A stretch of DNA of 64,000 nt, from NCBI GenBank assembly GCA_964503795.1, contig CAZDBT010000002.1, positions 17,989 through 81,988 of the forward strand, written 5' to 3'. Both the position numbers and the translations under genes were made by a program. The DNA comes from an uncultured Candidatus Saccharibacteria bacterium. Its GTDB lineage: Bacteria > Patescibacteriota > Minisyncoccia > UBA6257 > WO2-44-18. This document shows positions 28,732-38,968 of the stretch, piece by piece; the stretch's first letter is position 1, and the number at the start of each line of letters is the position of its first letter. The notes under the pieces were generated by a model that worked only from the letters and a program-made list of their open reading frames with translations, was not told the origin of the DNA and made no database searches.

Positions 28732-29070
28732 ATGTCCAAGACGCAGAATTTCACTGGTTTCGTTGTTATCGGTTGCGTCGCTTTGTTAGTTTTCTCGATG
28801 ATCTGGCCAAGCGTTGGACCAAAAGCTGACGAACCAAAGCCAGGGCAGGTGGCGGATCATACTGACGGTAAAGATGTTACCGTCAAGAAATTGAGCAATC
28901 AGGTTTATCGGGTTGATGTGGAAAAGACCGGCGAAGCCGTCGCGGTCTACGAAGCAGAACTGGTGAAGTTCTCCAAGGACCATCCCAGCGTCCACCCCTC
29001 TCCCGCTCCGCCGAATCCGAAAGGCAACATCGGTAGTACTACTTATTACTGGAACGTTGACGAGAAATAA
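28732..29070 (+). CDS. Hypothetical N-terminally anchored small protein
   Basis: SD GGAGAAGAAGA before the ATG at 28732. One TM helix, then terminator. Confidence 0.4.
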   Translation: MSKTQNFTGFVVIGCVALLVFSMIWPSVGPKADEPKPGQVADHTDGKDVTVKKLSNQVYRVDVEKTGEAVAVYEAELVKFSKDHPSVHPSPAPPNPKGNIGSTTYYWNVDEK

Positions 29071-29091
29071 TAGCCCCCCATTCTCACATAT

Positions 29092-29120
29092 TCTCCGCAG
29101 CGATGCGGAGATTTTTTATT
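29092..29120 (+). terminator. Rho-independent terminator
   Basis: Hairpin ctccgcagcgatgcggag followed by tttttt. Confidence 0.7.
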
Positions 29121-29175
29121 TGACTATTTTATATTACGTGGTAGAATACCAGCAGAATCTTTTAGGAGAAGTACG

Positions 29176-29487
29176 ATGACCTACCAAAAGTTTTTAGGGT
29201 TGTTGACCAGCTTCGCGAATGTCAGCTGGGTGGTCACGCCGTTGGGGACGATCCGTACCGACCGCAGTTCCAAGAGTCTTTTTTCGATCATCTGTGAAGA
29301 AATGATGCAGTTGGATATCGCGGGGGAGGACTATCGAGGAGCGGAAGCGCTTGGTTTGTCGAAAAAAGACGCCAGAAAGATCGTCAGAGCGATGAACGGA
29401 TCGGAGGGCTATGATACCGAAGTCCGCAAGGACCTGCTGCGCGCAGTCGGTCTGCTGGGGCTCTACTCAAATCGGGCCGGCGCCTAA
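29176..29487 (+). CDS. Hypothetical protein
   Basis: SD AGGAGAAG upstream and a terminator at 29507-29535 (cagccgcct-atcaa-aggcggcttttt). Confidence 0.4.
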   Translation: MTYQKFLGLLTSFANVSWVVTPLGTIRTDRSSKSLFSIICEEMMQLDIAGEDYRGAEALGLSKKDARKIVRAMNGSEGYDTEVRKDLLRAVGLLGLYSNRAGA

Positions 29488-29540
29488 AGTAAGAATCTAT
29501 TCGCATACAGCCGCCTATCAAAGGCGGCTTTTTTAGTCCA

Positions 29541-29555
29541 AATGCTATAATTTAA
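29541..29555 (+). promoter_or_regulatory. Extended -10 promoter element aatgcTATAATttaa, leaderless-type
   Basis: TGcTATAAT lies 9 nt before the GTG start at 29558. An identical 15-mer occurs upstream of murG at 32156-32170. Confidence 0.5.
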
Positions 29556-29557
29556 TT

Positions 29558-31063
29558 GTGGTTCTAATAAAAGGCGCTAAAATTCTGGATGGTTCCGGGA
29601 AGCGGCCGGTTTTTACCGCCGATGTTTTATTAAAAGGCAACAAAATCGCCGCTATCGGCAAATTTCCGACCAAAAAGTCCAGCCTCACTATTGAAGCCCT
29701 CGGACTTTATTTGGCGCCGGGCTTTATAGATGTAGACACCGATTCCGATCATCATCTTTCTCTTTTCTCCGATCCGCCACAGCAGGACTTTTTAGCCCAA
29801 GGCGTAACCACTATTTTCGGCGGCGTTTGCGGCGCTTCGCTGGCGCCGCTTTTGTCCGGGGATCTGAACTCTATCCGCAAGTGGACCGACACGACGCAAA
29901 TAAATATTGATTGGCATACGATGGCCGAATTTTTGAAAGTGCTTGATCGTCGCGGCTTGGGCGTGAATTTCGGAACTTTGGTCGGCCACTCCACTTTGCG
30001 AAGGGGATTGGTCCGCGAAGATTCCCGTGATCTGACCGTTCCGGAAATTGAAGCGCTGAAAAAAGTTCTCAAAGATTCCATCAAGCAGGGCGCTTTCGGA
30101 ATGTCTACCGGTTTGGGTTACGCGCATTCGCGGCGGGTGCCGTATTCGGAAATAAAAGAGCTGGTGAAAGTCGTGGCCGAGAGCGGGGGAGTGTATGCCA
30201 CTCATTTGCGCGATGATAAAGAGGGCGTGCTGGCATCCGTGGAGGAAACGATCAAGATTGCCGAAGATACCAAAGCAAAAGTTTTGATCAGTCATTTCAA
30301 GCCGATCATCGGTTTTGAAAAAGATCATCGCAAAGCCGTAGAGTTGATCCATCAGGTCGCCGATCGGCTGGATATTCACTTCGACAGTTACCCCTTCAGT
30401 GAAACAATTGTTCCTATTTATACTTTGTTACCGGCTTGGGCGCAGGTTGGGAATTTGGAGATAATGCTCTCGTACTTGAAAAATCCAGATCTGGCGGAGC
30501 GTTTGGTTAAAGAGCTGGCCGGCATCAAAGGAGGGAGCATTCGCATTGCCCAGGCCGTTGGTCAGGATTATCTGGTCGGCAAAACTTTGCAGGACTTTGC
30601 CGAGAGTCAGGAGTTGAACACTGCCGAGGCCCTTTTGAAGTTAATGAAGCTGACCGGTTTACGGGCCCTGGTTTTTTATAAAAATATCAATTTAGATCTG
30701 GAGCTGCAGAACTTAGAACGGGATCAGGCGCTAGTAGCTTCCAATGGCGCTAGCTTGCCGGAGAATTCCCGTAATTTGAAACATGAGCGGTTCTACAATA
30801 CTTTCCCGAAATTCATTGAGGCGGTCACCCAGCGTAAAATGCTTTCTCTTTCGCAAGCCATCGGCAAGATCACTTCCGAGCCGGCCAAAAAGTTCGGTCT
30901 GAAAGATCGCGGTCTGATCGCCGAAGGAATGATCGCCGATCTGGTGATGTTTTCGACTCGGCATGGCGTGAAAGTGGAAAATGTTTTCGTGAACGGGAAG
31001 TTGGCCGTGAAAGACCGGCAGTACCAGGGGATCTTATCGGGCGAGATCTTGCGCAAAATTTAA
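29558..31063 (+). CDS. Amidohydrolase family protein (N-acyl-D-amino-acid deacylase / D-aminoacylase-like)
   Basis: GTG start. N-terminal composite beta-sandwich (LIKGAKILDG), GFIDVDTDSDHH metal-binding start and ~500 aa length, typical of D-aminoacylases. Confidence 0.65.
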   Translation: MVLIKGAKILDGSGKRPVFTADVLLKGNKIAAIGKFPTKKSSLTIEALGLYLAPGFIDVDTDSDHHLSLFSDPPQQDFLAQGVTTIFGGVCGASLAPLLSGDLNSIRKWTDTTQINIDWHTMAEFLKVLDRRGLGVNFGTLVGHSTLRRGLVREDSRDLTVPEIEALKKVLKDSIKQGAFGMSTGLGYAHSRRVPYSEIKELVKVVAESGGVYATHLRDDKEGVLASVEETIKIAEDTKAKVLISHFKPIIGFEKDHRKAVELIHQVADRLDIHFDSYPFSETIVPIYTLLPAWAQVGNLEIMLSYLKNPDLAERLVKELAGIKGGSIRIAQAVGQDYLVGKTLQDFAESQELNTAEALLKLMKLTGLRALVFYKNINLDLELQNLERDQALVASNGASLPENSRNLKHERFYNTFPKFIEAVTQRKMLSLSQAIGKITSEPAKKFGLKDRGLIAEGMIADLVMFSTRHGVKVENVFVNGKLAVKDRQYQGILSGEILRKI

Positions 31064-31068
31064 AATTA

Positions 31069-32157
31069 ATGAGGAGACATCATCCCGATCTTCTGATCAT
31101 GTTGTGTCTGGGTTTCTTGGTGATCTTCGGATTACTGGCGTTGGCCAGCGCTTCTTCCAATCTTGGACAAACAAAATTTGATGACAGTTTCTATTATCTC
31201 AAGCATCAGATAATCAGCGGACTCGCTTTCGGCATACTGGGCTTCGCGCTCACTTACAATCTTTATTATCGCCGTTATCAAAATATCGCCTGGATCCTGC
31301 TCTTGATCAGTCTTGTGTTAGTGGCGCTGGTGTTCACTCCGTTGGGACTGAAAGAGGGGGGAGCGGAACGTTGGGTGAAGATCGGTCCGGTTACTTTCCA
31401 ACCCGCGGAATTTCTGAAATTAACCGTCATTCTTTATTTCGCCGCCTGGCTTGCCGGGCAGACCGACCGAAGCCGCACTTTTTTGAAAGGTTTTCTGCCG
31501 TTTTTTATCGTGTTGGGAGCGGTGGCGGGTTTATTGCTTAAACAGCCGACTACGACGACCGTCGTGATCATCGCCGCTGCCTCCCTGATCCTCTATTTCG
31601 TGAGCGGCGCGAAGCTTTCCTATGTGGCCGGTGTAGCGGTGTTGGGAATGTTGGTGTTGGGGGCGGCTATTCTGATCACGCCTTATCGCTTTCAGCGTAT
31701 CGCCAGTTTTTTGGATCCGGCTAGCAGTCCGTTGGGTGGCGGTTATCACATCAATCAGGCGCAGATAGCGATCGGAGCCGGCAAGCTTTTCGGTGTCGGT
31801 TATGGGCAATCCACCACGAAAATAAATTTTCTTCCCGAGCCGATCGGGGATTCCATTTTTGCGGTAGTGGCGGAAGAACTGGGCTTTGTCGGTTCAGTGG
31901 CGTTGATCTCCATATTTTTATTGCTGGTGATGCGGATCCTTTTATTGGCTCGGCGCGTCAAAGATCGTTTCGGGAAGCTGGTTTTGATCGGTTTTGGGGT
32001 GATCATTGGTTTACAGGTTTTCATTAATATTGGCGCCATTTCCGGTCTGCTGCCTCTTACGGGCGTGCCATTGCCGTTCATCAGCTACGGCGGCACCGCG
32101 CTGATGGTATTTATGACAATGGGCGGGATCGTGGCGAATATATCCAGGTATGCTTAA
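31069..32157 (+). CDS. ftsW: SEDS family peptidoglycan polymerase (FtsW/RodA)
   Basis: Multi-TM protein. Adjacency to murG supports FtsW rather than RodA. Confidence 0.7.
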   Translation: MRRHHPDLLIMLCLGFLVIFGLLALASASSNLGQTKFDDSFYYLKHQIISGLAFGILGFALTYNLYYRRYQNIAWILLLISLVLVALVFTPLGLKEGGAERWVKIGPVTFQPAEFLKLTVILYFAAWLAGQTDRSRTFLKGFLPFFIVLGAVAGLLLKQPTTTTVVIIAAASLILYFVSGAKLSYVAGVAVLGMLVLGAAILITPYRFQRIASFLDPASSPLGGGYHINQAQIAIGAGKLFGVGYGQSTTKINFLPEPIGDSIFAVVAEELGFVGSVALISIFLLLVMRILLLARRVKDRFGKLVLIGFGVIIGLQVFINIGAISGLLPLTGVPLPFISYGGTALMVFMTMGGIVANISRYA

Positions 32158-32170
32158 TGCTATAATTTAA
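32156..32170 (+). promoter_or_regulatory. Extended -10 element aatgcTATAATttaa upstream of murG
   Basis: 15-mer identical to 29541-29555. It lies 15 nt before the ATG at 32182, with no SD. Confidence 0.45.
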
Positions 32171-32181
32171 GCAGCGCCGCT

Positions 32182-33318
32182 ATGAATAAACTACGAATAA
32201 TTTTTGCCGGCGGGGGAACGGGCGGACACATTTACCCGATCATTGCCGTTTCCGAAAAACTGCGAGAGTGGGCGGAGCGCAATGGTTTTGCGCCGGATCT
32301 CCGTTATTTCGGAAATTCCGGAGTTTTTAAAGAAGCTTTAATGGCCGGTAATATCAGGATCTCCCGAGTGGCGGAGAGCAAACTGCGCCGGTATTTTTCA
32401 ATTTTGAATTTCGTGGACGTTTTTAAATTTGTTTTCTCGGTCTTTCAGTGTTTATGGAAGATCTATTGGTTCATGCCCGACGCTGTTTTTTCCAAAGGCG
32501 GTCCCGGTTCGTTGCCGGTGGTGTTAGTCTGCTTTTTCTACAACATCCCGATCGTTATTCACGAGTCCGACACTGTGCCTGGGTTGGCAAATAAGTTGGC
32601 GAGTCGCTTTGCCCGGGTCGTAGAACTGGCCTTCGGTTCGGCCGCCAAGCATTTCCCGAAGTTCAGAGGAAAGATGGATGTGGTTGGCAATCCGGTACGT
32701 TCGGAAATTCTGCAGCATTTTGAGCAGGCCGATGCTAAAGCCGCGCTTGGCTTTGATCCCAACAAACCCTTGTTGTTGGTTTTCGGCGGGTCACAGGGTT
32801 CTAACCGGATGAATGATTTTATTATCGGCAACCTGGAGCCGCTACTTTTGAAATTCCAGATATTGCATTTCGTCGGCCGGGAGAAATTTCCGGATTACAA
32901 GAATCAATATGATTTTATTACCAAGAATTTTTCCCCGATCCTACTCGGCAGTTACAAGTTCTTTAATTATTTAGATAAAGAAATGGCCAAGGCGATGGCT
33001 GCCGCCGATCTGATCGTGGCGCGGGGTGGCGCGGGGGCGATCTTTGAAATAGCGGCGAAGGGTAAGCCGTCAATTATCGTGCCCTTCCCGGAGGCCTCGG
33101 CGGATCATCAAAAAGAAAATGGCTACGCTTACGCTTCCACCGGAGCTGCCGTGGTGATCGAGCAGGAAAATCTGCTTCCCAGCATCTTTCTGAATCAGGC
33201 TGAAAAGATCCTGATGGATCCGGAGGTAAAAGCGAAAATGTCGGCTGCCGCCACGGCTTTTTATCAGGCCGATGCCGCCGACCGGATCTCGGTTGATATT
33301 CTTGAGCTTATTCATTAA
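32182..33318 (+). CDS. murG: Undecaprenyldiphospho-muramoylpentapeptide beta-N-acetylglucosaminyltransferase
   Basis: GGGTGGHIYP N-terminal motif and GT28 architecture. Length 378 aa. Confidence 0.9.
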   Translation: MNKLRIIFAGGGTGGHIYPIIAVSEKLREWAERNGFAPDLRYFGNSGVFKEALMAGNIRISRVAESKLRRYFSILNFVDVFKFVFSVFQCLWKIYWFMPDAVFSKGGPGSLPVVLVCFFYNIPIVIHESDTVPGLANKLASRFARVVELAFGSAAKHFPKFRGKMDVVGNPVRSEILQHFEQADAKAALGFDPNKPLLLVFGGSQGSNRMNDFIIGNLEPLLLKFQILHFVGREKFPDYKNQYDFITKNFSPILLGSYKFFNYLDKEMAKAMAAADLIVARGGAGAIFEIAAKGKPSIIVPFPEASADHQKENGYAYASTGAAVVIEQENLLPSIFLNQAEKILMDPEVKAKMSAAATAFYQADAADRISVDILELIH

Positions 33319-33327
33319 CTTTCTGGT

Positions 33328-34740
33328 ATGACTCCAGCAGCCAAAAAACCAGTCCGGGTCCGGATTGCGCCTTCGCCAACCGGCTATATGCACATCGGCA
33401 CGGTGCGCACCGCTTTGTTTAATTGGCTTTTCGCCAAACAAAACGACGGGGTTTTTATTTTGCGCGTTGAGGATACCGACCTGGAACGGTCTAAAAAAGA
33501 ATATGAAGTGGATCTGATAGATAATCTGAAATGGCTCGGTCTCACCTGGGATGAAGGCCCGGTGCGTCAGACCGACCGGTTGGATATTTATGAAAAATAT
33601 CTGAACCAGCTTCTCAAAGAGGGGAAGGCTTATTATTGTTTCTGTTCCAAAGAACAGCTGGAGGCGGAGCGCCAGGCGATGCTGGCGCAGGGATTCGCTC
33701 CTAAATACAGCGGTCGCTGCCGGACGATCGGGCTCGCGGAAGCGGAAAAGCGGATGGCTGCCGGTGAGGGCGCGGTGATCCGGTTAAAGGTTCAGGACGG
33801 CAAAGTTAATTTCAAAGATATTGTGCGCGAAGACGTAGAATTTGATGCGACGCTGATCGGCGATTTTGTGATTGCCAAAAGCGTTCGCGAGCCGCTCTAC
33901 AACTTTGCCGTGGTGGTAGACGATGAAGATATGAAAATTTCCCACGTGATCCGCGGTGAAGAACATCTGGCCAATACTCCCAGGCAGATCCTTATCCAGA
34001 AGGCTTTGGAATTCGGCCAGCCGCAATACGCGCACATTCCGCTGATCCTTAACGCCGACCGCAGCAAAATGTCCAAACGGGCAGGGGATACCGCCATCCG
34101 CGATTATCGCGCCCAAGGTTATTTGCCGGAAGCGATCCTTAACTTCTTGGTTTTGCTCGGCTGGCATCCGCAAGGAGACAAGGAAATTTTTACTATTGAA
34201 GAGCTGGTCAAAGAATTTGATATTACCCGCATCCAGAAAGGCGGAGCGGTATTTAATGTAGATAAGTTGGATTGGTTGAACGCTCAATATATCAAAGCGA
34301 TGACCGCCAAAGCTTTGGCAAAATTACTTAGCGTGAAAGCGACCGAGCAGAATTTGAAGATCGTAGAAAATACAAAAGAACGGATGAAGAAGCTTACCGA
34401 TTTTCAGGCCTTGGCCGGTTTTTATGTGGAGTTGCCGGATTACAAACCGGAGCTGCTGATCTGGAAAGATTCAACCAAAGGAAAGACCTTAGCGAACTTG
34501 AAAGAAGGGGAGCAGTTGCTTTCGGCTATTACCAGCGACGATTTTTCTAAGAATAAGATAGAGAAAGTGTTGATGCCGATTGCCGAAGCGCGCGGGAAAG
34601 GGGATATGCTCTGGCCATTGCGGGTAGCCGTGTCCGGCGCAGAAAAATCTCCCGGCCCGTTTGAAATAATGGAAGTTATCGGCAAGAAAGAGACTTTAGT
34701 AAGAATTGCAGAAGCGATTAGCCAGCTATCTAAAAGCTAA
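33328..34740 (+). CDS. gltX: Glutamyl-tRNA synthetase
   Basis: HIGH motif PTGYMHIGT and KMSKR motif SKMSKR. Length 470 aa. Confidence 0.9.
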   Translation: MTPAAKKPVRVRIAPSPTGYMHIGTVRTALFNWLFAKQNDGVFILRVEDTDLERSKKEYEVDLIDNLKWLGLTWDEGPVRQTDRLDIYEKYLNQLLKEGKAYYCFCSKEQLEAERQAMLAQGFAPKYSGRCRTIGLAEAEKRMAAGEGAVIRLKVQDGKVNFKDIVREDVEFDATLIGDFVIAKSVREPLYNFAVVVDDEDMKISHVIRGEEHLANTPRQILIQKALEFGQPQYAHIPLILNADRSKMSKRAGDTAIRDYRAQGYLPEAILNFLVLLGWHPQGDKEIFTIEELVKEFDITRIQKGGAVFNVDKLDWLNAQYIKAMTAKALAKLLSVKATEQNLKIVENTKERMKKLTDFQALAGFYVELPDYKPELLIWKDSTKGKTLANLKEGEQLLSAITSDDFSKNKIEKVLMPIAEARGKGDMLWPLRVAVSGAEKSPGPFEIMEVIGKKETLVRIAEAISQLSKS

Positions 34741-34767
34741 CCCTCGGTTTATTATTAGATTAAGCAA

Positions 34768-36003
34768 ATGCTAAGGAGTTTTTTGGCTATTTTAATGACG
34801 CTTTTGACCATCGGCTATACCATTCAGCCGGCTTTTGCGTTGACGGCGGACGAATTACAGAAGGCTAGAGACGAGAAGGCCAAGGCCGCGCTGGAGATCA
34901 GCAGCCAGATCCAAGCCGTGAACCAACAGCTGAATGCCACCCAAAGCCAGAAAAATTCTCTGCAGAAAGAATTAAAAACCATAGATTATAGCGTGAATCA
35001 GCTGAATCTCGGCATTAAATCCAGCCAGATAAATATTGAAAAGCTTGGTTTTGAATTGCAGTCGGTGCAGCTTGATATAGATAAAATAACCGAACAGATC
35101 AACACAAAAAAAGCAGCCCTGATGAAGTTAGTGCGGGAATTGTACGAGAAGGACAAGCAGGGTTCGCTGGCTATGCTGTTGCGCAATCGCAGTTTGGCCG
35201 ATAGCTTCCGGGAACAGCAGTCGCTTTCCGATCTGAATAACGGAATTTCTAATGAAGTTTCCGGCTTGAAGGAACTCGGCAAACAATTGGACGGCAAATT
35301 CCAGGACACTTCTTCTAAAAAGAAAAAGATAGAAACAGAGAATCAGAATCAAAAAAACCGGAAGGCGATCGTTGAGGATCAGAAGACCGAGCGGCAGCAA
35401 TTGTTGGCCCAGACCAAAAATCAGGAAAAATTGTATACCCAGACCTTAGACGAACTTTCCAAAAAGCAACTGGAGATCTCCGCCGAAATTGAAAAAATAG
35501 AATCGGAATTACGGTCCAAGATCGATCCTTCGCTGTTGCCCATCCCACGGCCGGGAGTGTTGGCGATGCCGGCGCAGGGATATATAACCCAAGAATATGG
35601 CTACACCACCTTCGCCAAGAACGGCTACAAAGGACATTTCCACAACGGCTTGGACATCGGCGCTCCGATCGGCACGGAAGTGGTGGCGGCGGAAAAAGGG
35701 AAAGTGGTGGCGGTTGGCAATCAGGATTCTTTCTGCCCCCGGGGCGCTTATGGGAAATTTATCGTGATCGCGCACGACAACAACCTCACCACGCTTTATG
35801 GCCATCTTTCCGGCTACATCGTGAAGGTTGGGGATACGGTTACCCGCGGTCAGCTGATCGGCTATGTTGGACGCACCGGCTACGCCACCGGGCCGCATCT
35901 GCATCTGACGGTTTACGCCGGCCCCACTTTTTATATGGGCGCCAGCAGGACTTGCGGTCCGATGCCGTTTGGTGGCGACCTGGACCCGGCGAAGTACCTC
36001 TAA
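34768..36003 (+). CDS. M23 family metallopeptidase with N-terminal coiled coil (EnvC-like murein hydrolase activator/peptidase)
   Basis: Signal peptide, a long coiled coil, and a C-terminal LytM domain (HNGLDIGAPIGTEV...TGYATGPHLHLTV). Confidence 0.8.
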   Translation: MLRSFLAILMTLLTIGYTIQPAFALTADELQKARDEKAKAALEISSQIQAVNQQLNATQSQKNSLQKELKTIDYSVNQLNLGIKSSQINIEKLGFELQSVQLDIDKITEQINTKKAALMKLVRELYEKDKQGSLAMLLRNRSLADSFREQQSLSDLNNGISNEVSGLKELGKQLDGKFQDTSSKKKKIETENQNQKNRKAIVEDQKTERQQLLAQTKNQEKLYTQTLDELSKKQLEISAEIEKIESELRSKIDPSLLPIPRPGVLAMPAQGYITQEYGYTTFAKNGYKGHFHNGLDIGAPIGTEVVAAEKGKVVAVGNQDSFCPRGAYGKFIVIAHDNNLTTLYGHLSGYIVKVGDTVTRGQLIGYVGRTGYATGPHLHLTVYAGPTFYMGASRTCGPMPFGGDLDPAKYL

Positions 36004-36060
36004 CTGAAATGGTACGTGTACCAGACTTATAGAGACTAAGTAAAATGGTAGAATTAGATT

Positions 36061-36390
36061 GTGAAGAGAATAGCTCTTAGTTTTCTGGCATTCAGCCTGG
36101 CGGCGGGAGCTTTTGCGGCTGAACTGCCGCCTATCAATAAAGTTATTAATACCGCCAACACTGTTAGCCAGGAAATTCAAAAGCAGCTGGACAGTTCCGC
36201 GGTCACAGAAGAGATCGGTCGGTCCTTACCGACCAAAGAGCAGACCGAGGGATTTTTATCCGGCGTCTGGAAAGTTTTATGGTCGATCGTAAAATTCATC
36301 GCCAGAGTATTTGATTGGATATTAAAGATCGTCACCGGATTTTTTTATACGGTTTTAAATAAAATAGGATTGGATTTTTTCCACCAATAA
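36061..36390 (+). CDS. Hypothetical secreted/membrane protein
   Basis: GTG start with TAGAAT 8 nt upstream. Signal peptide MKRIALSFLAFSLAAGAFA and a C-terminal hydrophobic helix. Confidence 0.4.
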   Translation: MKRIALSFLAFSLAAGAFAAELPPINKVINTANTVSQEIQKQLDSSAVTEEIGRSLPTKEQTEGFLSGVWKVLWSIVKFIARVFDWILKIVTGFFYTVLNKIGLDFFHQ

Positions 36391-36405
36391 CCCGCGAACA
36401 CGAAC

Positions 36406-37140
36406 ATGGCCAAACCTTATCTGTCAGTAATTATTCCCGCCTACAACGAAGCCAAACGCCTGCCTCTGGCGTTAATTGACATTGATAAACATCTTTCCGA
36501 ACAGGAGTATTCTTACGAGATCTTAGTGGTGAACGACGGATCCACTGACGCGACTGCGGAGATCGTCGAGCGGTTCAAGCCGCTCATAGAAAATTTGAAG
36601 ATCTTGAACAACAAAGAAAATCGCGGCAAGGGGGCGGTAGTGCGTGATGGAATGTTAGCCGCTAGAGGAAATTGGCGGGTGATGATGGACGCAGACAATT
36701 CCACTTCGGTCGTTGAATTCAATAAAATGATCCCGTATTTGGAGGAAGGTTATGAAGTGGTCATTGGTTCGCGGTCGGTGAAAGGCGCGAAGCTGAATCC
36801 TCCCCAAAATATTTTCAAGCAACTAGCCGGTAAGCTGGGGAATTTGTTCGTACAGATTTTATTGCTACGAGGCATTTGGGATAGTCAATGCGGGTTCAAA
36901 TGTTTCTCCGAAGAAGCGGCCGGTCGTATTTTTTCGATCGCCAAGATCGATCGTTGGGGTTTTGATGTTGAGACCTTGGCTTTGGCGCGGGCGTTGGGTT
37001 ATCAGATCAAGGAAATGCCGATTCATTGGGTAAATGATGCCAGCTCCCGTGTCCATTGGAATTCGTATCTACAAGTTCTTTGGGAGGCCATCAAAGTCCG
37101 CTGGTGGCTATGGAAGAAGAGTTATGATTTGTCAGCCTAG
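36406..37140 (+). CDS. GT2 family glycosyltransferase (polyprenol-phosphate glucosyl/mannosyltransferase-like)
   Basis: SVIIPAYNE, VVNDGSTD and MDADNS motifs. Confidence 0.8.
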   Translation: MAKPYLSVIIPAYNEAKRLPLALIDIDKHLSEQEYSYEILVVNDGSTDATAEIVERFKPLIENLKILNNKENRGKGAVVRDGMLAARGNWRVMMDADNSTSVVEFNKMIPYLEEGYEVVIGSRSVKGAKLNPPQNIFKQLAGKLGNLFVQILLLRGIWDSQCGFKCFSEEAAGRIFSIAKIDRWGFDVETLALARALGYQIKEMPIHWVNDASSRVHWNSYLQVLWEAIKVRWWLWKKSYDLSA

Positions 37141-37178
37141 TCATTCTTTGTTAACCTTGTTATTAAAATAAACCTAAT

Positions 37179-37631
37179 ATGGATTATCATTTAACACCCG
37201 AGAGGCTGGAGGAACTGAAGAACGAACTTAGTCAATTAAAAAATCAGAAACGAGCCGATGTGGCCGAACGTTTGAAGCGCGCCAAGGAATTAGGCGATCT
37301 GTCGGAGAACGCCGAATATATGGAAGCTCGGGAGGAGCAGACCCAGGTTGAAACCCGGATCTTTGAATTGGAAGATATGATCAAGAACGCGGTTCTGATC
37401 ACTCAAGGAAAAGGCGACAAGGTGCAGATCGGATCAACTATTGAAGTTGAAAAAGGGGAGCAGAAAATGACCCTGACCATCGTTGGCCCTAATGAAGCCA
37501 ATCCTTCAGACGGCAAGATCTCCAATGAATCTCCGCTCGGTAAAGCTTTTGTTGATCAGATGAAGGGTTCTACGGTGAAGGTTAAGACTCCGGCTGGTGA
37601 GATGACCTATAAGATCGTCAGCGTGAAGTAA
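37179..37631 (+). CDS. greA: Transcription elongation factor GreA
   Basis: Coiled-coil N-terminal domain and FKBP-like C-terminal domain (GDLSENAEY..., IGSTIEV). Length 150 aa. Confidence 0.9.
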   Translation: MDYHLTPERLEELKNELSQLKNQKRADVAERLKRAKELGDLSENAEYMEAREEQTQVETRIFELEDMIKNAVLITQGKGDKVQIGSTIEVEKGEQKMTLTIVGPNEANPSDGKISNESPLGKAFVDQMKGSTVKVKTPAGEMTYKIVSVK

Positions 37632-38968
37632 TGCTTGAGGACCTCATAAAAGAAAGATTGAAAAAGAAGGCCGAGCTGGAAAAGCTTGGTCTGAATGTCT
37701 ATCCCTCGCAAGTTAAGCGCACCCATTTGGTGGCGCACGTGGTGAAAGATTTCTCGGCGTTATCCAAAAAGAAAACCAAAGTTTGGTTGACCGGCCGCTT
37801 GCTTGGCCTACGTGTGCAGGGCGGCGTGGCCTTCGCCGATCTGACGGATGGCTCCGGAGAAAAGATCCAGATCGTTTTTACTAAAGCTAATCTGAAAAAT
37901 TTCCAGGCGCTCAAAGATAATTTGGATATCGGAGATTTTGTTGAGGTGGCCGGTCCGCTTTTTAAAACTAAAAAGGGGGAACGGAGCGTGGAAGCAAAAA
38001 GTTTGAGGGTGATCGCGAAAACATTACGGCCTTTGCCGTCTGTCTGGCATGGTTTGAGCGACACCGAAGAGCGTTTTCGAAAACGGTATCTGGATCTGCT
38101 TTTAAATGAAGGGGTGCGCGACCAGCTGGTGAAACGCTCGCAGATTATTGAATATATCCGGAATTTTTTGGCCGAGGAGGGATTTTTGGAAGTAGAAACG
38201 CCAGTTTTACAACCGATTCCCGGTGGCGCCAAGGCCCGGCCGTTCAAAACACACCACAACGCCTTGGATGTGGATTTTTATCTGCGTATCGCCCCGGAGC
38301 TTTATCTGAAGCGCCTATTGGTTGGCGGAATGGAGAAGGTATTTGAATTGGGAAAAGTTTTCCGAAACGAGGGAATGGATAGAGATCACAATCCGGAATT
38401 CACCGAACTGGAGCTTTACTGGGCCTATCAGGACTACCGAGGTTTGATGAAATTTACGCAGAAGTTATTAAAAAAGCTTATTCCAGGAAAGTGGAAAATG
38501 GTTACTTTTGAAGAAGTTTTTAAACAACATTCTGGCAAAGACTATCGCTCTATTCCCGCAAAAGAATTGGATGAGGTATTTAAGCATTCGGTACGTCCGA
38601 AGATCGTGGAGCCGACTTTCGTGACCGACTATCCGGAATCTTTAATGCCTTTGGCCAAGCTGCACGAGAAAGATAAAACCTTGACCGAAAGTTTCCAGCT
38701 GATCGCCAATGGAGCGGAAATTGTAAAAGGCTTCTCGGAGCTGAACGACCCGGTTTTCCAGCGTGAGCAGATGGAGCGCCAGGAGAAAGCTTTCCGGGCA
38801 GGGGATGAAGAGGCTTCCCGCAAAGATGAAGACTTTTTGGAAGCCTTAGAGCATGGCATGCCTCCGGCTGCCGGCTTGGGTATCGGTATAGATCGTCTAG
38901 TAGCCATCGCCACCAAAGCGCACGCGGTGAAGGAGATAATTTTGTTCCCCACTTTACGTCCAAAATAA
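37631..38968 (+). CDS. lysS: Lysyl-tRNA synthetase, class II
   Basis: N-terminal OB anticodon-binding domain and class II motifs (FRNEGMD, GLGIGIDRL). The start overlaps the greA stop. Confidence 0.9.
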   Translation: MLEDLIKERLKKKAELEKLGLNVYPSQVKRTHLVAHVVKDFSALSKKKTKVWLTGRLLGLRVQGGVAFADLTDGSGEKIQIVFTKANLKNFQALKDNLDIGDFVEVAGPLFKTKKGERSVEAKSLRVIAKTLRPLPSVWHGLSDTEERFRKRYLDLLLNEGVRDQLVKRSQIIEYIRNFLAEEGFLEVETPVLQPIPGGAKARPFKTHHNALDVDFYLRIAPELYLKRLLVGGMEKVFELGKVFRNEGMDRDHNPEFTELELYWAYQDYRGLMKFTQKLLKKLIPGKWKMVTFEEVFKQHSGKDYRSIPAKELDEVFKHSVRPKIVEPTFVTDYPESLMPLAKLHEKDKTLTESFQLIANGAEIVKGFSELNDPVFQREQMERQEKAFRAGDEEASRKDEDFLEALEHGMPPAAGLGIGIDRLVAIATKAHAVKEIILFPTLRPK

